Positions 39,119 to 50,296 of a stretch of 64,000 nucleotides of DNA are shown piece by piece; position 1 is the first letter of the stretch, and the number at the start of each line of letters is the position of its first letter. Below the pieces are notes generated by a model. That model was given only the letters and a program-made list of their open reading frames with translations, searched no databases and was not told the origin of the DNA. The position numbers were made by a program, and so were the translations under genes. The DNA comes from Candidatus Cloacimonadales bacterium (GTDB taxonomy: Bacteria > Cloacimonadota > Cloacimonadia > Cloacimonadales > JAFGVF01), in the NCBI GenBank assembly GCA_963667035.1, contig OY762964.1, forward strand, positions 1,984,001 through 2,048,000. The letters run 5' to 3'.

Positions 39119-40366
39119 TTAAGCGTCTAATTCGTCAAAAACTTCTCTGATTATACGAACACAATCATCAAGTTCTTCTTTAGTAATTACCAATGGAGGT
39201 GCAAAACGAATAATATGTTGGTGAGTAGGTTTGCAAAGAAGACCTTTTTCTTTCAGCATTACGCATACATCCCATGCTTCAACACCATCTTTAGGTTCAA
39301 CAATGATTGCATTAAGAAGACCACGACCACGAATGGTTTTAAGTCTTGAGCTATCGATAGTTGCAAGTTGCTCTCTGAAATACATTCCCAAGTCATAAGC
39401 TTTTTGAACTAAATTCTCTTCTTCAACAACTTCAAGAGCTGCTTTAGCTACTGCACAAGCAAGAGGGAATCCACCAAAAGTAGAACCGTGTTCACCCGGT
39501 TTGATTGTCATCATGATATCATCGTTTGCAAGAACTGCAGATACAGGTAATACACCGCCGGAAATAGCTTTACCAAGAATAAGAACGTCAGGTTTTACTT
39601 CATCGTACATAGTAGCTAAAAGTCTACCTGTTCTGGCAATACCGGTTTGAACTTCATCGGCAATAAAGAGTACATTATGCTTTTTGCAAAGGTCATAACA
39701 TGCTTTAACATAGCCGTCTTGAGGAACGTAAACACCTGCTTCACCTTGAATAGGTTCAACGATAAATGCAGCAACCTTGTCAGCTTTGGCTTCAAGAATC
39801 TCTTCTAAAGCTTTAGGGTTGTCATAATCAATTACTTCAATACCGGGAACAAAAGGACCGTAATCACCATAAGAGTCAGGATCATCAGATGCAGAAACTA
39901 TAGCAATTGTGCGACCGTGGAAGTTCCCGTGAGCAAATACAAGAATAGCTTCATTCTCAGGAATACCTTTAACTTTATAAGCCCATTTGCGAGCAAGTTT
40001 CATAGCTGTTTCAACAGCTTCGGCACCACTATTCATTGGAAGAACTTTATCAAAACCGAAATATTCGGTTACATATTTCTCATATTCTCCAAGTTTGTTG
40101 TTAAAGAATGCACGAGAAGTAAGTGTAAGTACTTTTGCTTGTTCTACTAATGCATTGATAATCTTTGGATGGCAATGACCCTGGTTAACTGCTGAATATG
40201 CAGAAAGGAAGTCATAATATCTGTTTCCTTCAGGATCCCACACATAAGCACCTTCACCTTTGGCAATTACAACAGGTAGCGGATGATAATTGTGTGCTCC
40301 ATACTTTTCTTCGAGTTCCATAGCTTTTTCAGAACTTATTGCTCCATAGACTAACTTTTCAGCCAT
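39119..40366 (-). CDS. rocD: Ornithine--oxo-acid transaminase
   Basis: GAHNYHPLPVV, FLSAYSAVNQGHCHP, EPIQGEAG, DEVQTG, LGKAISGG, GEHGSTFGG; ATG 40366 behind GGAGG. Confidence 0.95.
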   Translation of the reverse strand: MAEKLVYGAISSEKAMELEEKYGAHNYHPLPVVIAKGEGAYVWDPEGNRYYDFLSAYSAVNQGHCHPKIINALVEQAKVLTLTSRAFFNNKLGEYEKYVTEYFGFDKVLPMNSGAEAVETAMKLARKWAYKVKGIPENEAILVFAHGNFHGRTIAIVSASDDPDSYGDYGPFVPGIEVIDYDNPKALEEILEAKADKVAAFIVEPIQGEAGVYVPQDGYVKACYDLCKKHNVLFIADEVQTGIARTGRLLATMYDEVKPDVLILGKAISGGVLPVSAVLANDDIMMTIKPGEHGSTFGGFPLACAVAKAALEVVEEENLVQKAYDLGMYFREQLATIDSSRLKTIRGRGLLNAIIVEPKDGVEAWDVCVMLKEKGLLCKPTHQHIIRFAPPLVITKEELDDCVRIIREVFDELDA

Positions 40367-40784
40367 TATTCCTCCATATTCCATTTATTATATGTTTATT
40401 GCCTTCATGGTTAGATAGGGTTAAATGTCAATCTTTTTCAAAGATTAATAACTTATAACTCATCAAGATAAGTTGTTACAACAGAGAGAATGTAACATAG
40501 TTACTGTACTATATTCATTATTCGGGATTTAAATCTCTATACTACTGTTTAATACAACTGATTAATTGCTAACATTTAAGTATAACTTGAGATACATAAT
40601 TACCCTATAGAAACTAATCTTTAAGTACTAAAGACAATACCTATTCCTAACTTCCTAGTGTAAAAGCAATTATTACAGACTGTAGTCAGAGCTATTCTAA
40701 CTATCATACCTATATCATTATTAAGCAAAGACTTTTTCATTGACTAAAAGCTAAGGATTATGAAACTTCATGTTGAGGTGATAA

Positions 40785-41381
40785 ATGATACATACGTTAT
40801 TGAATCGTAAAAAGATAGTATTAGCTTCTGCTTCTCCCCGCAGAAAAGAGATATTCAAATTTTTTGGAATTAAGGCACTCCAATATCCTTCAGAAATTGA
40901 AGAACCTGAACTTGATTTACCACCTTATAAATTGGTTCAAGAGCTTGCACTGATGAAAGCAAACCACATTGCCGGGAAAGTAGATTCAGGATGCATGATT
41001 GTCGCAGCAGATACTATTGTTTATCATGAGAATGAAGTCTTGAATAAACCTGCTGATGTTGCTGAAGCTGTAGATTTCCTCACACGACTATCCGGAACAT
41101 CACATGCTGTATATACAGGTATTGCTATTAAATATGGAGCTTATATTAAAACAGACTATGCTAAGTCTATTGTTAAATTCAAAGTACTCGATATGTATGA
41201 GATTGAAGAGTATGTGAAAACAGATGAGCCAATGGATAAAGCAGGTGCATACGGGATACAAGGATATGGAAGTCAATTCATAGAAAAGATATCAGGTTGT
41301 TACTTCAACGTAATGGGCTTTCCAATCTCAACTTTCTACGACAATCTGAAGTTAATGCAGAAAAAAGGGTTCTTAAAGTGA
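40785..41381 (+). CDS. maf: Maf/YhdE nucleotide pyrophosphatase
   Basis: LASASPRR, AADTIV, KP, EPMDKAGAYGIQG, NVMGFP. Confidence 0.94.
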   Translation: MIHTLLNRKKIVLASASPRRKEIFKFFGIKALQYPSEIEEPELDLPPYKLVQELALMKANHIAGKVDSGCMIVAADTIVYHENEVLNKPADVAEAVDFLTRLSGTSHAVYTGIAIKYGAYIKTDYAKSIVKFKVLDMYEIEEYVKTDEPMDKAGAYGIQGYGSQFIEKISGCYFNVMGFPISTFYDNLKLMQKKGFLK

Positions 41382-42853
41382 GAACTATTCTCAAGAATGC
41401 TAGTATTTATGATTCTGATAGACAACTGTTTGTTCGAAAGAATCTTATAATTGAAAATGATATAATCATTGGAATAGGTAATGATTTACCTGAGTCTGAT
41501 TCTACGATAATAGATTTATCAGGGAAGTACCTTATTCCCGGTCTTGTCGATTCTCATACTCACAGTTTTGAAGGTGGACTCTACTCTCTATCTCTTGATT
41601 TAGGTTATGTAAGTTCTATCAAAGAAACCCTTGAGCTTTTGGATACCGCAGATAGAGAACAGCGTGTTATTTTTGGTTTCAATTATGATGAAAACAACAT
41701 AAAAGAGCAAAGATTTCCTTCACTTGAAGAGCTAGATAAGCTTTTCCCTGAAACACCATTCATCTTAAGAAGAGTTGACGGGCACTCATGCGTAATAAAC
41801 AGCGTAGCAGCGAGCAAGATAAGCTTCCCTTATTCACTACCAAAAGATTTCAACGGGTTGTTAAGAAAAGAAGAGAATGATCTTGCTGCTCATTGGTTTC
41901 ATAGAAATGTTGATAATGAAACGATCCTAAGAGCTTACAAGAAAGCAGAAGAGATAGCAATAAAAAACGGTGTAGTCACAATTCATACCATGCTTGGTGA
42001 TGCTGAAAATGATTATCTGCATTTTGAGCTATTGCAAGATCACTTGAATGACTTCAAAATTGAAATTATCCCTTATCCTCAAATGTTTAATGTAAACAAG
42101 GCTTTGAGAGTTAAGTCATCTAGGATTGGTGGATGTATTTTAGCAGATGGTTCCTTCGGTTCACATACTGCGGCAATCTATGAAGATTATATTGACGAAC
42201 CGGGTAACGGAACACTATACCAAACAGATGACTTTTGGAACAACTTTGTGGGAGAATCACATAAAAATAACCTGCAAGTAGGTGTTCACTGCTTAGGAGA
42301 TAGAGCAGTATCACAAATATTCAATGCCTACAAAAAAGCCAATTTGAAGGAAAGAAAAGATTTAAGACATCAATTGATACATGCTGAGCTTGTTGATGAT
42401 AAGATTTTGTCAGAGATAGCCGAATACAATATAGCCTGTGTGATGCAACCTATGTTTGATAAGTTATGGGGAGGCAAAGACCAATACTACAGTAAAGTAT
42501 TAGGTGTAGAAAGAGCATTAAGAAGTAATCGATTCAAAACAATGATTAATTCAGGTATAAAGGTTGTAGGGAGTTCCGATTGGTATATTACACCATTATC
42601 TCCCCTGATGGGAATTGAAGCGGCAGTAAATCATCACAATCCTGATGAGGGTATCTCTATTCCAACAGCAATCGATATTTATACTACTAATGCAGCGTGG
42701 CTTACCCACAGCGAAAACATTACAGGGAAAATAGCAAAAGGTTTTAAAGCAAACTTAACAGTTCTTGACAATAATATACTTGTTTCAAATAATTTAGAAA
42801 AGGTTAGGTCAAACGGAATAATAAGAGATGGAAAATGGGATAAAGCCTTCTGA
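41378..42853 (+). CDS. Amidohydrolase family 3 (YtcJ-like)
   Basis: PGLVDSHTH, DGHS, ADGSFGSHTAA, HCLGDRA, HAE, GSSDW; GTG start overlapping the maf stop. Confidence 0.88.
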   Translation: MRTILKNASIYDSDRQLFVRKNLIIENDIIIGIGNDLPESDSTIIDLSGKYLIPGLVDSHTHSFEGGLYSLSLDLGYVSSIKETLELLDTADREQRVIFGFNYDENNIKEQRFPSLEELDKLFPETPFILRRVDGHSCVINSVAASKISFPYSLPKDFNGLLRKEENDLAAHWFHRNVDNETILRAYKKAEEIAIKNGVVTIHTMLGDAENDYLHFELLQDHLNDFKIEIIPYPQMFNVNKALRVKSSRIGGCILADGSFGSHTAAIYEDYIDEPGNGTLYQTDDFWNNFVGESHKNNLQVGVHCLGDRAVSQIFNAYKKANLKERKDLRHQLIHAELVDDKILSEIAEYNIACVMQPMFDKLWGGKDQYYSKVLGVERALRSNRFKTMINSGIKVVGSSDWYITPLSPLMGIEAAVNHHNPDEGISIPTAIDIYTTNAAWLTHSENITGKIAKGFKANLTVLDNNILVSNNLEKVRSNGIIRDGKWDKAF

Positions 42854-43385
42854 TTTAAAGATAATAGAAAGAATACTAAAACAGGAACACTCGCTGTTTC
42901 CGAGGGCTATTTTTATTGATTATTATAAGAGTATATATCAAGCATATAACGGACCAAATCACTTCCTAAACGAAAAATCCCTGGGATATCTCAAAAATGA
43001 AATTTTAATGAATCCCAACAACTCCTATCCAAGAATTGTTGACTTATCCGGATTTCATTTCCTATGGAGAATAAACACTAATGTAGTTAACCAAGGCATC
43101 ATGTCTTTTAATGATTTTGCAAACGCTCATTTCGAAACCTGTTCTCAAATCAATACAAATGTAAACAATTGGATTAACTATAAATCATCAATTGAGAAAG
43201 CTTTTTATAATATATTAGATAACTTAAACATTTTAGACAATGCTCTTATCCCAAAGCACTTGTTTAAAGAAACTTTCACGGTTAGCCATTCGGATGTTTA
43301 TCACAAATATTATAATCCGCATTATAGACTGATAAACCCACAGCTATTAGATAACAAGACGAAAACAAAACTATTGGAATTATAA
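42828..43385 (+). CDS. Hypothetical protein
   Basis: 185-aa ORF coupled to upstream gene; DYYKSIYQ...GPNH and HS..Y...Y.PHYR motifs. Confidence 0.7.
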   Translation: MENGIKPSDLKIIERILKQEHSLFPRAIFIDYYKSIYQAYNGPNHFLNEKSLGYLKNEILMNPNNSYPRIVDLSGFHFLWRINTNVVNQGIMSFNDFANAHFETCSQINTNVNNWINYKSSIEKAFYNILDNLNILDNALIPKHLFKETFTVSHSDVYHKYYNPHYRLINPQLLDNKTKTKLLEL

Positions 43386-43407
43386 ACAAATAAATGATGA
43401 GGTGGAC

Positions 43408-46400
43408 ATGATGAGACGAATTCTGTTACTAATTATTAGTATGTTTCTTTTTATTAACTTATCAGCCCTAGTCATAGAGAGCGGTTCTTTCAAGAACTTC
43501 CTGTATGGCGAAGAGCCAAATTCAGCTTATGACGATTTTGTATCACATATCGCTGAGGGTATTGCTGACGTAGACTACAACCTTTATGCACCATTTGATC
43601 CCCAAACAAACGGTTTTGGTGATTTTGATGTACCCAATACTACGGAACTGAATGAATGGAGTACCATTACTCAAGAGTTTGCTGCAGGTAACTACGACCA
43701 AGCTGAGACTCTTATTAATAATGGTGGGTACCCTTATGATGTAGTAAGTTTCACTGATAATGATACGGGAGCAATATATTATATGCTCCGTGAACATTTA
43801 AACATGAGTTATGTTGATGATAATTTTGACAATGATCCCGATGACGATGTAACAGGTAGTTTTGATAAGGGTTGGGGACTATTTATCTATAATCCTCAAG
43901 CAACTAATCCTGTAATTGTTACTGTTCCTCATCCCACAGATGATTTCTGCACAGCAATAATCGGATATGAATGTTTCAGAAAATGGGATGGTATGTTCTT
44001 ATTGATTAATGGAGCTGGACGTGAAGTGACATGGACAAATCAGGGATATTATTATAACAGTAAATCTCTAAGTGATCCAACTCGTAATCAAAATACTGTT
44101 TATCAAAAAGCATACATATCATTTTGTAATAAGATAAGGACACAGTTTGGAGTAAGAGAGTTCAGTGCACAGATGCATAGTTATGACTGGGGTACAAGAC
44201 ATCCCGGTTATGCAAACAACCAGATATCCGGTGGTAAATATGAAGAAATTCTCGGTTTACCATCTTTTGACCTTTCCAATAGTCATTATGATTTAGTTAA
44301 TCTCAGTGATGAAGTTATCTTCCCGGCTAATACAATCGGAGTTCATAGGGAAGTTACCTTGAATGAGTATTACACTTTCCATAATACTGTTTATGACAGA
44401 TATTTCTACAAAGATAACGGCGATAGTATTCTTGTAAACACCGATCAGGATTTACCCGGATATAAAGACAATCGTCAGATGCAATACACAAATGACAGTT
44501 CATTCAATACATGGGATGCTTATGATAATTTTTGGCATGTTGAGATGGACGAGCTTCCTAACCAGTATGATCAAACAGAAAACAATTTAAAATGGTTCTA
44601 TGGTTGGGATCCGGTACAACAAAAGTATATTAAAGAGGATATATTCACTCATACTTTAGAGTTCTATTCATACTGGATTGATAAAATGGCTGAATCATTG
44701 ACATATACTTTTGCTATGAATGATAATATGATTCCTCCAACTCCTCAAAACCTTACAGTTCATACTGAATCCTATAATTACATTTCACTTGAATGGGATC
44801 ATGTAAGAAACTTCGATTTTGATACATATGAGGTTCTTTATGCTACAGAACCAATCGGAACAGACAATTTCTCAATCTTTGACAGAGATAACTCATCAAG
44901 ATTAGCAGATATGAGAAATGGTCTTATTGATGTGACAGGTTTATCTAATGGACAGCAGTATTACTTCAAAGTTCGAGCCAGAGATAAAAATGGTAATATC
45001 TCTGGTGAATCCAACGAAGTAGTAGCTGTGACCGGATGTTCTAAAATTAGAAGCGTAAAAGCTTTGGGCAGAGACGGTCTTGTCGAACTCTCATGGAATG
45101 CTCAGTATGAGAACAATGTTCAAGGATATAGAATATATCGTTCAACCGACAATGAAAACTATACACAATTAGTCGATTGGAACTCTTATGGTGGTTTAAC
45201 AGCTTTAAATTCTAATAACACTAACTACAGTTATAATGATGATACTGTAATGAATAATACTACATATTATTATAAGATTGCAGCAATAAACAATAGTGAT
45301 GAAGAGTTTATTCATAATTATTCAGTATCTGTACAACCATATGACTTCTTCAAACTCCATGTAGCTAATCAAGCTGATACTTATACTAGTGACATTTACT
45401 TCGGAATAAATAGAGACGCTACAGACGGACACGATGATGATTACGACGTTAATAAAAGCTCTAGTGTTTCAGGTAACTATGTTTGGGCCGGATTCTGGGA
45501 AGAGGACTGGTGGAATGGAACCAATTACGGCGTAACAATGGAACAGAACATTCAAGGTCTGTTCGATACTACTACTGATTATAAGAGTTACAGATTACGC
45601 ATTAAATCTAATCAAACCAATCAGAACCTTACAATCAGTCTCCATGAAATGCTTCCTTCTAGGTCAACAGAGAAAATCTGGATTTATGATGAAGGCAATC
45701 AAAACTGGACTGACTTAATGAATGGTGATTACACTTTCCAAGTATCAAACACTAATTACAGATATATGAGAATCTATTACGGTAACTTGAATCCATATTT
45801 TGAAATTGATGACCGTCAAAATCATATATTCCAAGGTGGTATGGTAGCAGATTTCTATTGGGAAAGTAATCTTTCTTTCTTGATAGATCATATTGAGTTA
45901 TCACTCCAGAATGATACTGATAGTGTTTTTGTATCAGATACAGTATCAAGCAGTTACGAATTCTACTTCTGGGAATATGTACCGGATAATATTGAATATC
46001 ATAACTTAAAACTTGTTGTTGATGGTATTGCTATGGACGGAGAAAGAGTTAGAGCAGTTTCTCCATACATATTGGGAATAGTACCATCAACTACTACTAT
46101 TGAAAGAGAAGCAGGTTGGCACACTGTTTCATCTCCTTTCATCTCTGATGTAATGCCTGCCACAGACGTTTTTGGTAATAATGCTATTCTCTGGGAATAC
46201 AATTCTTCAAATGTACTTGTTGAAGTTACTGACTTTGAATACGGAGAGGCTTACTGGGCATTCGTTTCAAATGACAATACTGCAAATATCTCTGAAGAAA
46301 CTCAAGCAACATCAGATGAGTTCGATCTTAACTACGGTTGGAACTTCATAGTTAATCCTTTCCCAACCGAGATATCTCTTGAAAACTGTATGTTTGAAAT

Positions 46401-47361
46401 AAACAATGTCTGGTTCTCATCTGCAGAGGCACTTAATGAGTTGAACTTGAATCCTAATATGGTTGTATATCGTGAAGGAATGTATCAGCAAGTTAATTCG
46501 ATCTTACCTTATGAAGCATTCTTCTTATTCTGCACAACAGATAACACTGCTAATCCTAATATTCGTATTTATCCATATAGAGATGCTCTACCTATGGAAC
46601 AACCTTTAACAAGCACTTGGAATCTTAAATTGTTTGCGGATAATGGTATTGATAAGAGCATGATTGAAGTTGGTTCTGCCTATGAAACAACTGAAGATTA
46701 TGATTTAGAGTATGATATCCCATCTCTTCCTAATAAACCAATAACTGAGCATCTTGACTTTAACTTATATCATAGTGTTATAACTGAACCGGATTATCCG
46801 TTTGAATTCATGATGAAAGAGTTAACAGTTCCATTCGTAGCAGATGTAGACACATCTTTCGTTTGGCAATATATCCTCAGACTTGGTTCAACCGATGCAA
46901 TCCAATTCTATCCTGACTTTAGTCAGTTTAATATGGATTATACTGTTAAAATTAGTATTAATGGTGATGATTACTTCATTACAGATGAAAATGGATTTAC
47001 TTATCAACCTTCATCCACAAGAGACATCTTCGGTACCATAACAGTTTATAACTACACTGTCGGAAATGAAGAGACTCCTCAGGTTGCAAGTAAATTCTCT
47101 GTTTACCCGAACCCATTTAATCCTGATACTAACATTGCATTTAATGTTAAGAAAGCAGGTAAAGTTGAGCTTAGCCTCTATAACATCAGAGGACAGAAAG
47201 TTAAAACATTGATTAAAGACGAACTTACTCCGGGTAACCATACCATAACATGGGATGGTACTGACTCTAATGGTAAAGGTGTTGCATCAGGTGTATACTT
47301 TGCAAGACTGAAACAAAGAGATGAAAAAGCAAGAGTAAAGAAGATGATGTTAATGAAATAA
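43408..47361 (+). CDS. Large secreted protein: putative hydrolase N-domain, two FN3 domains, T9SS/FlgD-type CTD
   Basis: Signal peptide; PPTPQNL...LEWD...YYFKVRARD and VELSW...GYRIYRS...YYYKI FN3 motifs; YPNPFNP...WDGTD...SGVYF. Confidence 0.85.
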   Translation: MMRRILLLIISMFLFINLSALVIESGSFKNFLYGEEPNSAYDDFVSHIAEGIADVDYNLYAPFDPQTNGFGDFDVPNTTELNEWSTITQEFAAGNYDQAETLINNGGYPYDVVSFTDNDTGAIYYMLREHLNMSYVDDNFDNDPDDDVTGSFDKGWGLFIYNPQATNPVIVTVPHPTDDFCTAIIGYECFRKWDGMFLLINGAGREVTWTNQGYYYNSKSLSDPTRNQNTVYQKAYISFCNKIRTQFGVREFSAQMHSYDWGTRHPGYANNQISGGKYEEILGLPSFDLSNSHYDLVNLSDEVIFPANTIGVHREVTLNEYYTFHNTVYDRYFYKDNGDSILVNTDQDLPGYKDNRQMQYTNDSSFNTWDAYDNFWHVEMDELPNQYDQTENNLKWFYGWDPVQQKYIKEDIFTHTLEFYSYWIDKMAESLTYTFAMNDNMIPPTPQNLTVHTESYNYISLEWDHVRNFDFDTYEVLYATEPIGTDNFSIFDRDNSSRLADMRNGLIDVTGLSNGQQYYFKVRARDKNGNISGESNEVVAVTGCSKIRSVKALGRDGLVELSWNAQYENNVQGYRIYRSTDNENYTQLVDWNSYGGLTALNSNNTNYSYNDDTVMNNTTYYYKIAAINNSDEEFIHNYSVSVQPYDFFKLHVANQADTYTSDIYFGINRDATDGHDDDYDVNKSSSVSGNYVWAGFWEEDWWNGTNYGVTMEQNIQGLFDTTTDYKSYRLRIKSNQTNQNLTISLHEMLPSRSTEKIWIYDEGNQNWTDLMNGDYTFQVSNTNYRYMRIYYGNLNPYFEIDDRQNHIFQGGMVADFYWESNLSFLIDHIELSLQNDTDSVFVSDTVSSSYEFYFWEYVPDNIEYHNLKLVVDGIAMDGERVRAVSPYILGIVPSTTTIEREAGWHTVSSPFISDVMPATDVFGNNAILWEYNSSNVLVEVTDFEYGEAYWAFVSNDNTANISEETQATSDEFDLNYGWNFIVNPFPTEISLENCMFEINNVWFSSAEALNELNLNPNMVVYREGMYQQVNSILPYEAFFLFCTTDNTANPNIRIYPYRDALPMEQPLTSTWNLKLFADNGIDKSMIEVGSAYETTEDYDLEYDIPSLPNKPITEHLDFNLYHSVITEPDYPFEFMMKELTVPFVADVDTSFVWQYILRLGSTDAIQFYPDFSQFNMDYTVKISINGDDYFITDENGFTYQPSSTRDIFGTITVYNYTVGNEETPQVASKFSVYPNPFNPDTNIAFNVKKAGKVELSLYNIRGQKVKTLIKDELTPGNHTITWDGTDSNGKGVASGVYFARLKQRDEKARVKKMMLMK

Positions 47362-47380
47362 ATTCATATTCAGTATAACT

Positions 47381-47408
47381 AAGGGAGAAGCAATGCTTCT
47401 CCCTTTTT
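47381..47408 (+). terminator. Rho-independent terminator
   Basis: aagggagaagc-aat-gcttctccctt plus T-tract. Confidence 0.85.
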
Positions 47409-47533
47409 AATTGCAGTAAATTATTTACTTTACATACTTTTAACTTGACCATTTAATAGCTTCAAATCCTCTATATATGTATATAATAACTGGTATTTTA
47501 AATAGTGATTAAAAAATTAAGGAGTATGAAACT

Positions 47534-50245
47534 ATGAAGAAAATCTTTTTACTTTTAATAATTACTCTGTTCAGTTTAGTTTTGCTTGCAGACTTCACTG
47601 AAAACTTTGACGCATGGTCTGATGGCTCTTATGCCGGTGTTGTGGAGTACACACATGATGGCATAGGAACATGGGAAAACAACAATGCAATGGTTCATGA
47701 AACCTATGCTCGTTCCGGAAAAGCAGTCAGATTTAATGATGACTCAAGTACAATTATGGAATACCTTCTGTTTAAAGGTTTAGACGGAAATGGTAAAGAC
47801 GGTGGTCTCGGTACTATCTCTTTCTGGTATAGACATTGGGATGGAAACGTTCCAAGTGAACCTATTGAGTTTATTGTAGAATACCAGGTTGGAAGCACTT
47901 CAGGAGAATGGACAGCGATCGGTTCTTCAGTTAATGTTACTTCCACTACTTATACCGAGTATTCGGAAACAGTTAATCTACCCGGTGACGATATATTCTT
48001 CAGAATTAGAAATATCGAAGACAAAGAACGTCTATTAATCGATGATTTGACAGTAACCGACTACAGTGGTGGTGCCGTTACTACTCCTATTATCTCAGGT
48101 ATATCTAATACTCCCGATACTCCTTCACCAAGTGAGGATTGTGTAATCAGTGCTACTATTACCGATGACGGTTCTATCACATCAGTAGAGATTAATTGGG
48201 GACTTACATCCGGTTCACTTACAAACACAGTATCAATGTCACTTGATTCAGGTGATATTTACACAGGCACTATTCCTGCTCAAGCTGATGGTGCTACAGT
48301 TTATTATACTGTATCTGCAACTGATAACGATACTAACACAGAAACAAGCGACGAGAGAAGTTACAATGTTGTACTTCCGATAGTATCTACACCTTACTTT
48401 ACTCCTGACGGTGGTATCTATTCAGAAACACAGTCAGTTGAGATATTCTGTTCTACAGTAGGAGCTTCAATCTACTATACAATAGATGGTTCAGAACCTA
48501 CAGAAGCTTCAACACTTTATTCGACAGCAATATCAATCAGTGAAACTACAACAGTAAAAGCTAAAGCTTACTTGGTAGGATATGGACCAAGTGCAGTAGC
48601 AGAAGTTCTTTATGACTTCTCAGTAGCAGAACCGGCTAATATCTACATTAGTGAGTATATTGAAGGTTCATCAAACAATAAAGCTATAGAAATCTACAAT
48701 GCAGGTGACAATGATGTTAACCTTGGATTTGTTGAATTCTGGCGTATCTCAAACGGTGGAGACTGGGCAGAGGGAGCAACTAATGCAGTTACTTTATCCG
48801 GAACCTTAGCACCGGGAGAAGTTTATGTAGTATGTAACTCAAGTGCAATCGCAGAGATTCAAGCACTTTCAGACTTAGTAGGAACCACGGTTTGCTACTT
48901 CAACGGTGATGACGCTATGGGTCTAGCTTACAATGGAACCCTTGTTGACGTTGTCGGAGCGGAAGGAGCAGATCCCGGTACAGGTTGGGATGTAGCCGGA
49001 GAAACAGCTGCAACAGTAGACCATACCCTTATTCGTAAGACAACAGGTTTTGCCACTACCGATTGGTTAGCTTCAGCAGGAACTAGTGCAACCAATTCTC
49101 AGTGGATTGTTAGTACTATCGATGATTACTCTAATCTTGGTAGTCCAACACCCGGAACTCCGGATGTCATTATCTCTGAAGTTTGCACAGAAGCACTTCA
49201 ATATATTGAATTGTACAATGCAGGGACATCAGCTCAAGACTTAACAGGTTGGTCATTAAATCAGCACTCACCTGATATGACTACACCTTTAACAGGAACT
49301 ATTAATTCAGGAAGCTATCTGGTAGTTATCGGTGGAACATTAGAAGATATGCTAACATGGCATCCTACTTTTGCAGGAAATTACATCGAAGCTTCAGGCA
49401 GTGCTCCTTCTATGATTAACGGTTCATGGTTAGACCTCAACAATGGTTCATCAAAAGCCATTATTGATCAGTTTGGTTCGGAGACAAGCGGTGCAACTGT
49501 AGGTCAAATCTATGAGAGAACAGACAAGCTGGCAGGTAAGGATGTTAATACTGATTGGACAATAGTACCATCACCAACTCCGGGCGAACAAAACAATAAC
49601 GATTATGAACCTACAGCAGTTGAATTCTCATCATTTGAAGCATCAAGCCTTACTATAGAGAACACCAAAGTAGTCCGAATTGAATGGACTGTTGCAACTG
49701 AAACTGCAATGCTTGGTTACAATCTTCATAGAGCGGGGACTGATAATCAGAATGAAAGATACATCATCAATTCTAATGTTATAGCATCTCAAAATAGCTC
49801 ATCACATTACACATATTCTTATGATGACGGTGAATCTATTGAGCCCGGTACTTTCTACTATTGGTTAGAAAGTTTATCAATAGATGGAATTAACCATTTC
49901 TATGGTCCTATCTCAGTAACAGTTAAAGAGGATGAAGAAGATCCTGAGATTCCTGAAACTCAATTGATTACAGAAATCAACAGTATATTCCCTAATCCGT
50001 TCAATCCTTCAACAGCAATATCTTTCAGTCTTGCCAAAGCCGGTAATGTAAAGATTACTGTTTTTAACGTAAAGGGTGAGGTAGTTAATGTTATAGCTAA
50101 CAGATATTTTGATGCATCCGATAATAACGTAATTACATGGGATGGTAACAGTTTCAATAATGCTTCTTGTGGTAGCGGTATTTATTTCTTTAAAGTTGAA
50201 ACTAATGGCTTCACCGCAACAAGAAAAGCGATTCTCATAAAATAA
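47534..50245 (+). CDS. Secreted protein with lamin-tail domains, chitobiase/Fn3-associated domain and T9SS/FlgD-type CTD
   Basis: ISEYIEGSSNNKAIEIYN and ISEV...YIELYN (LTD); IYYTIDGSEPT (CHB_HEX_C-like); FPNPFNP...WDG...SGIYF. Confidence 0.85.
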   Translation: MKKIFLLLIITLFSLVLLADFTENFDAWSDGSYAGVVEYTHDGIGTWENNNAMVHETYARSGKAVRFNDDSSTIMEYLLFKGLDGNGKDGGLGTISFWYRHWDGNVPSEPIEFIVEYQVGSTSGEWTAIGSSVNVTSTTYTEYSETVNLPGDDIFFRIRNIEDKERLLIDDLTVTDYSGGAVTTPIISGISNTPDTPSPSEDCVISATITDDGSITSVEINWGLTSGSLTNTVSMSLDSGDIYTGTIPAQADGATVYYTVSATDNDTNTETSDERSYNVVLPIVSTPYFTPDGGIYSETQSVEIFCSTVGASIYYTIDGSEPTEASTLYSTAISISETTTVKAKAYLVGYGPSAVAEVLYDFSVAEPANIYISEYIEGSSNNKAIEIYNAGDNDVNLGFVEFWRISNGGDWAEGATNAVTLSGTLAPGEVYVVCNSSAIAEIQALSDLVGTTVCYFNGDDAMGLAYNGTLVDVVGAEGADPGTGWDVAGETAATVDHTLIRKTTGFATTDWLASAGTSATNSQWIVSTIDDYSNLGSPTPGTPDVIISEVCTEALQYIELYNAGTSAQDLTGWSLNQHSPDMTTPLTGTINSGSYLVVIGGTLEDMLTWHPTFAGNYIEASGSAPSMINGSWLDLNNGSSKAIIDQFGSETSGATVGQIYERTDKLAGKDVNTDWTIVPSPTPGEQNNNDYEPTAVEFSSFEASSLTIENTKVVRIEWTVATETAMLGYNLHRAGTDNQNERYIINSNVIASQNSSSHYTYSYDDGESIEPGTFYYWLESLSIDGINHFYGPISVTVKEDEEDPEIPETQLITEINSIFPNPFNPSTAISFSLAKAGNVKITVFNVKGEVVNVIANRYFDASDNNVITWDGNSFNNASCGSGIYFFKVETNGFTATRKAILIK

Positions 50246-50266
50246 AGCTAATAGTTTTTGAATATT

Positions 50267-50296
50267 AGAGTCGGGTCAATATCCCGGCTCTTTTTT
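50267..50296 (+). terminator. Rho-independent terminator
   Basis: agagtcggg-tcaatat-cccggctct plus T-tract. Confidence 0.75.

Noticed and set aside
40576..40590. ttaagtataacttga, a 13/15 match to the repressor operator, in the rocD-maf intergenic region
   Set aside because: AT-rich motif in AT-rich DNA, not overlapping either apparent promoter; could be chance without a genome-wide test
40385..40784. 400-bp rocD-maf intergenic region as an ncRNA
   Set aside because: No strong stems, terminator or recognisable RNA motif beyond divergent TTGAC promoters
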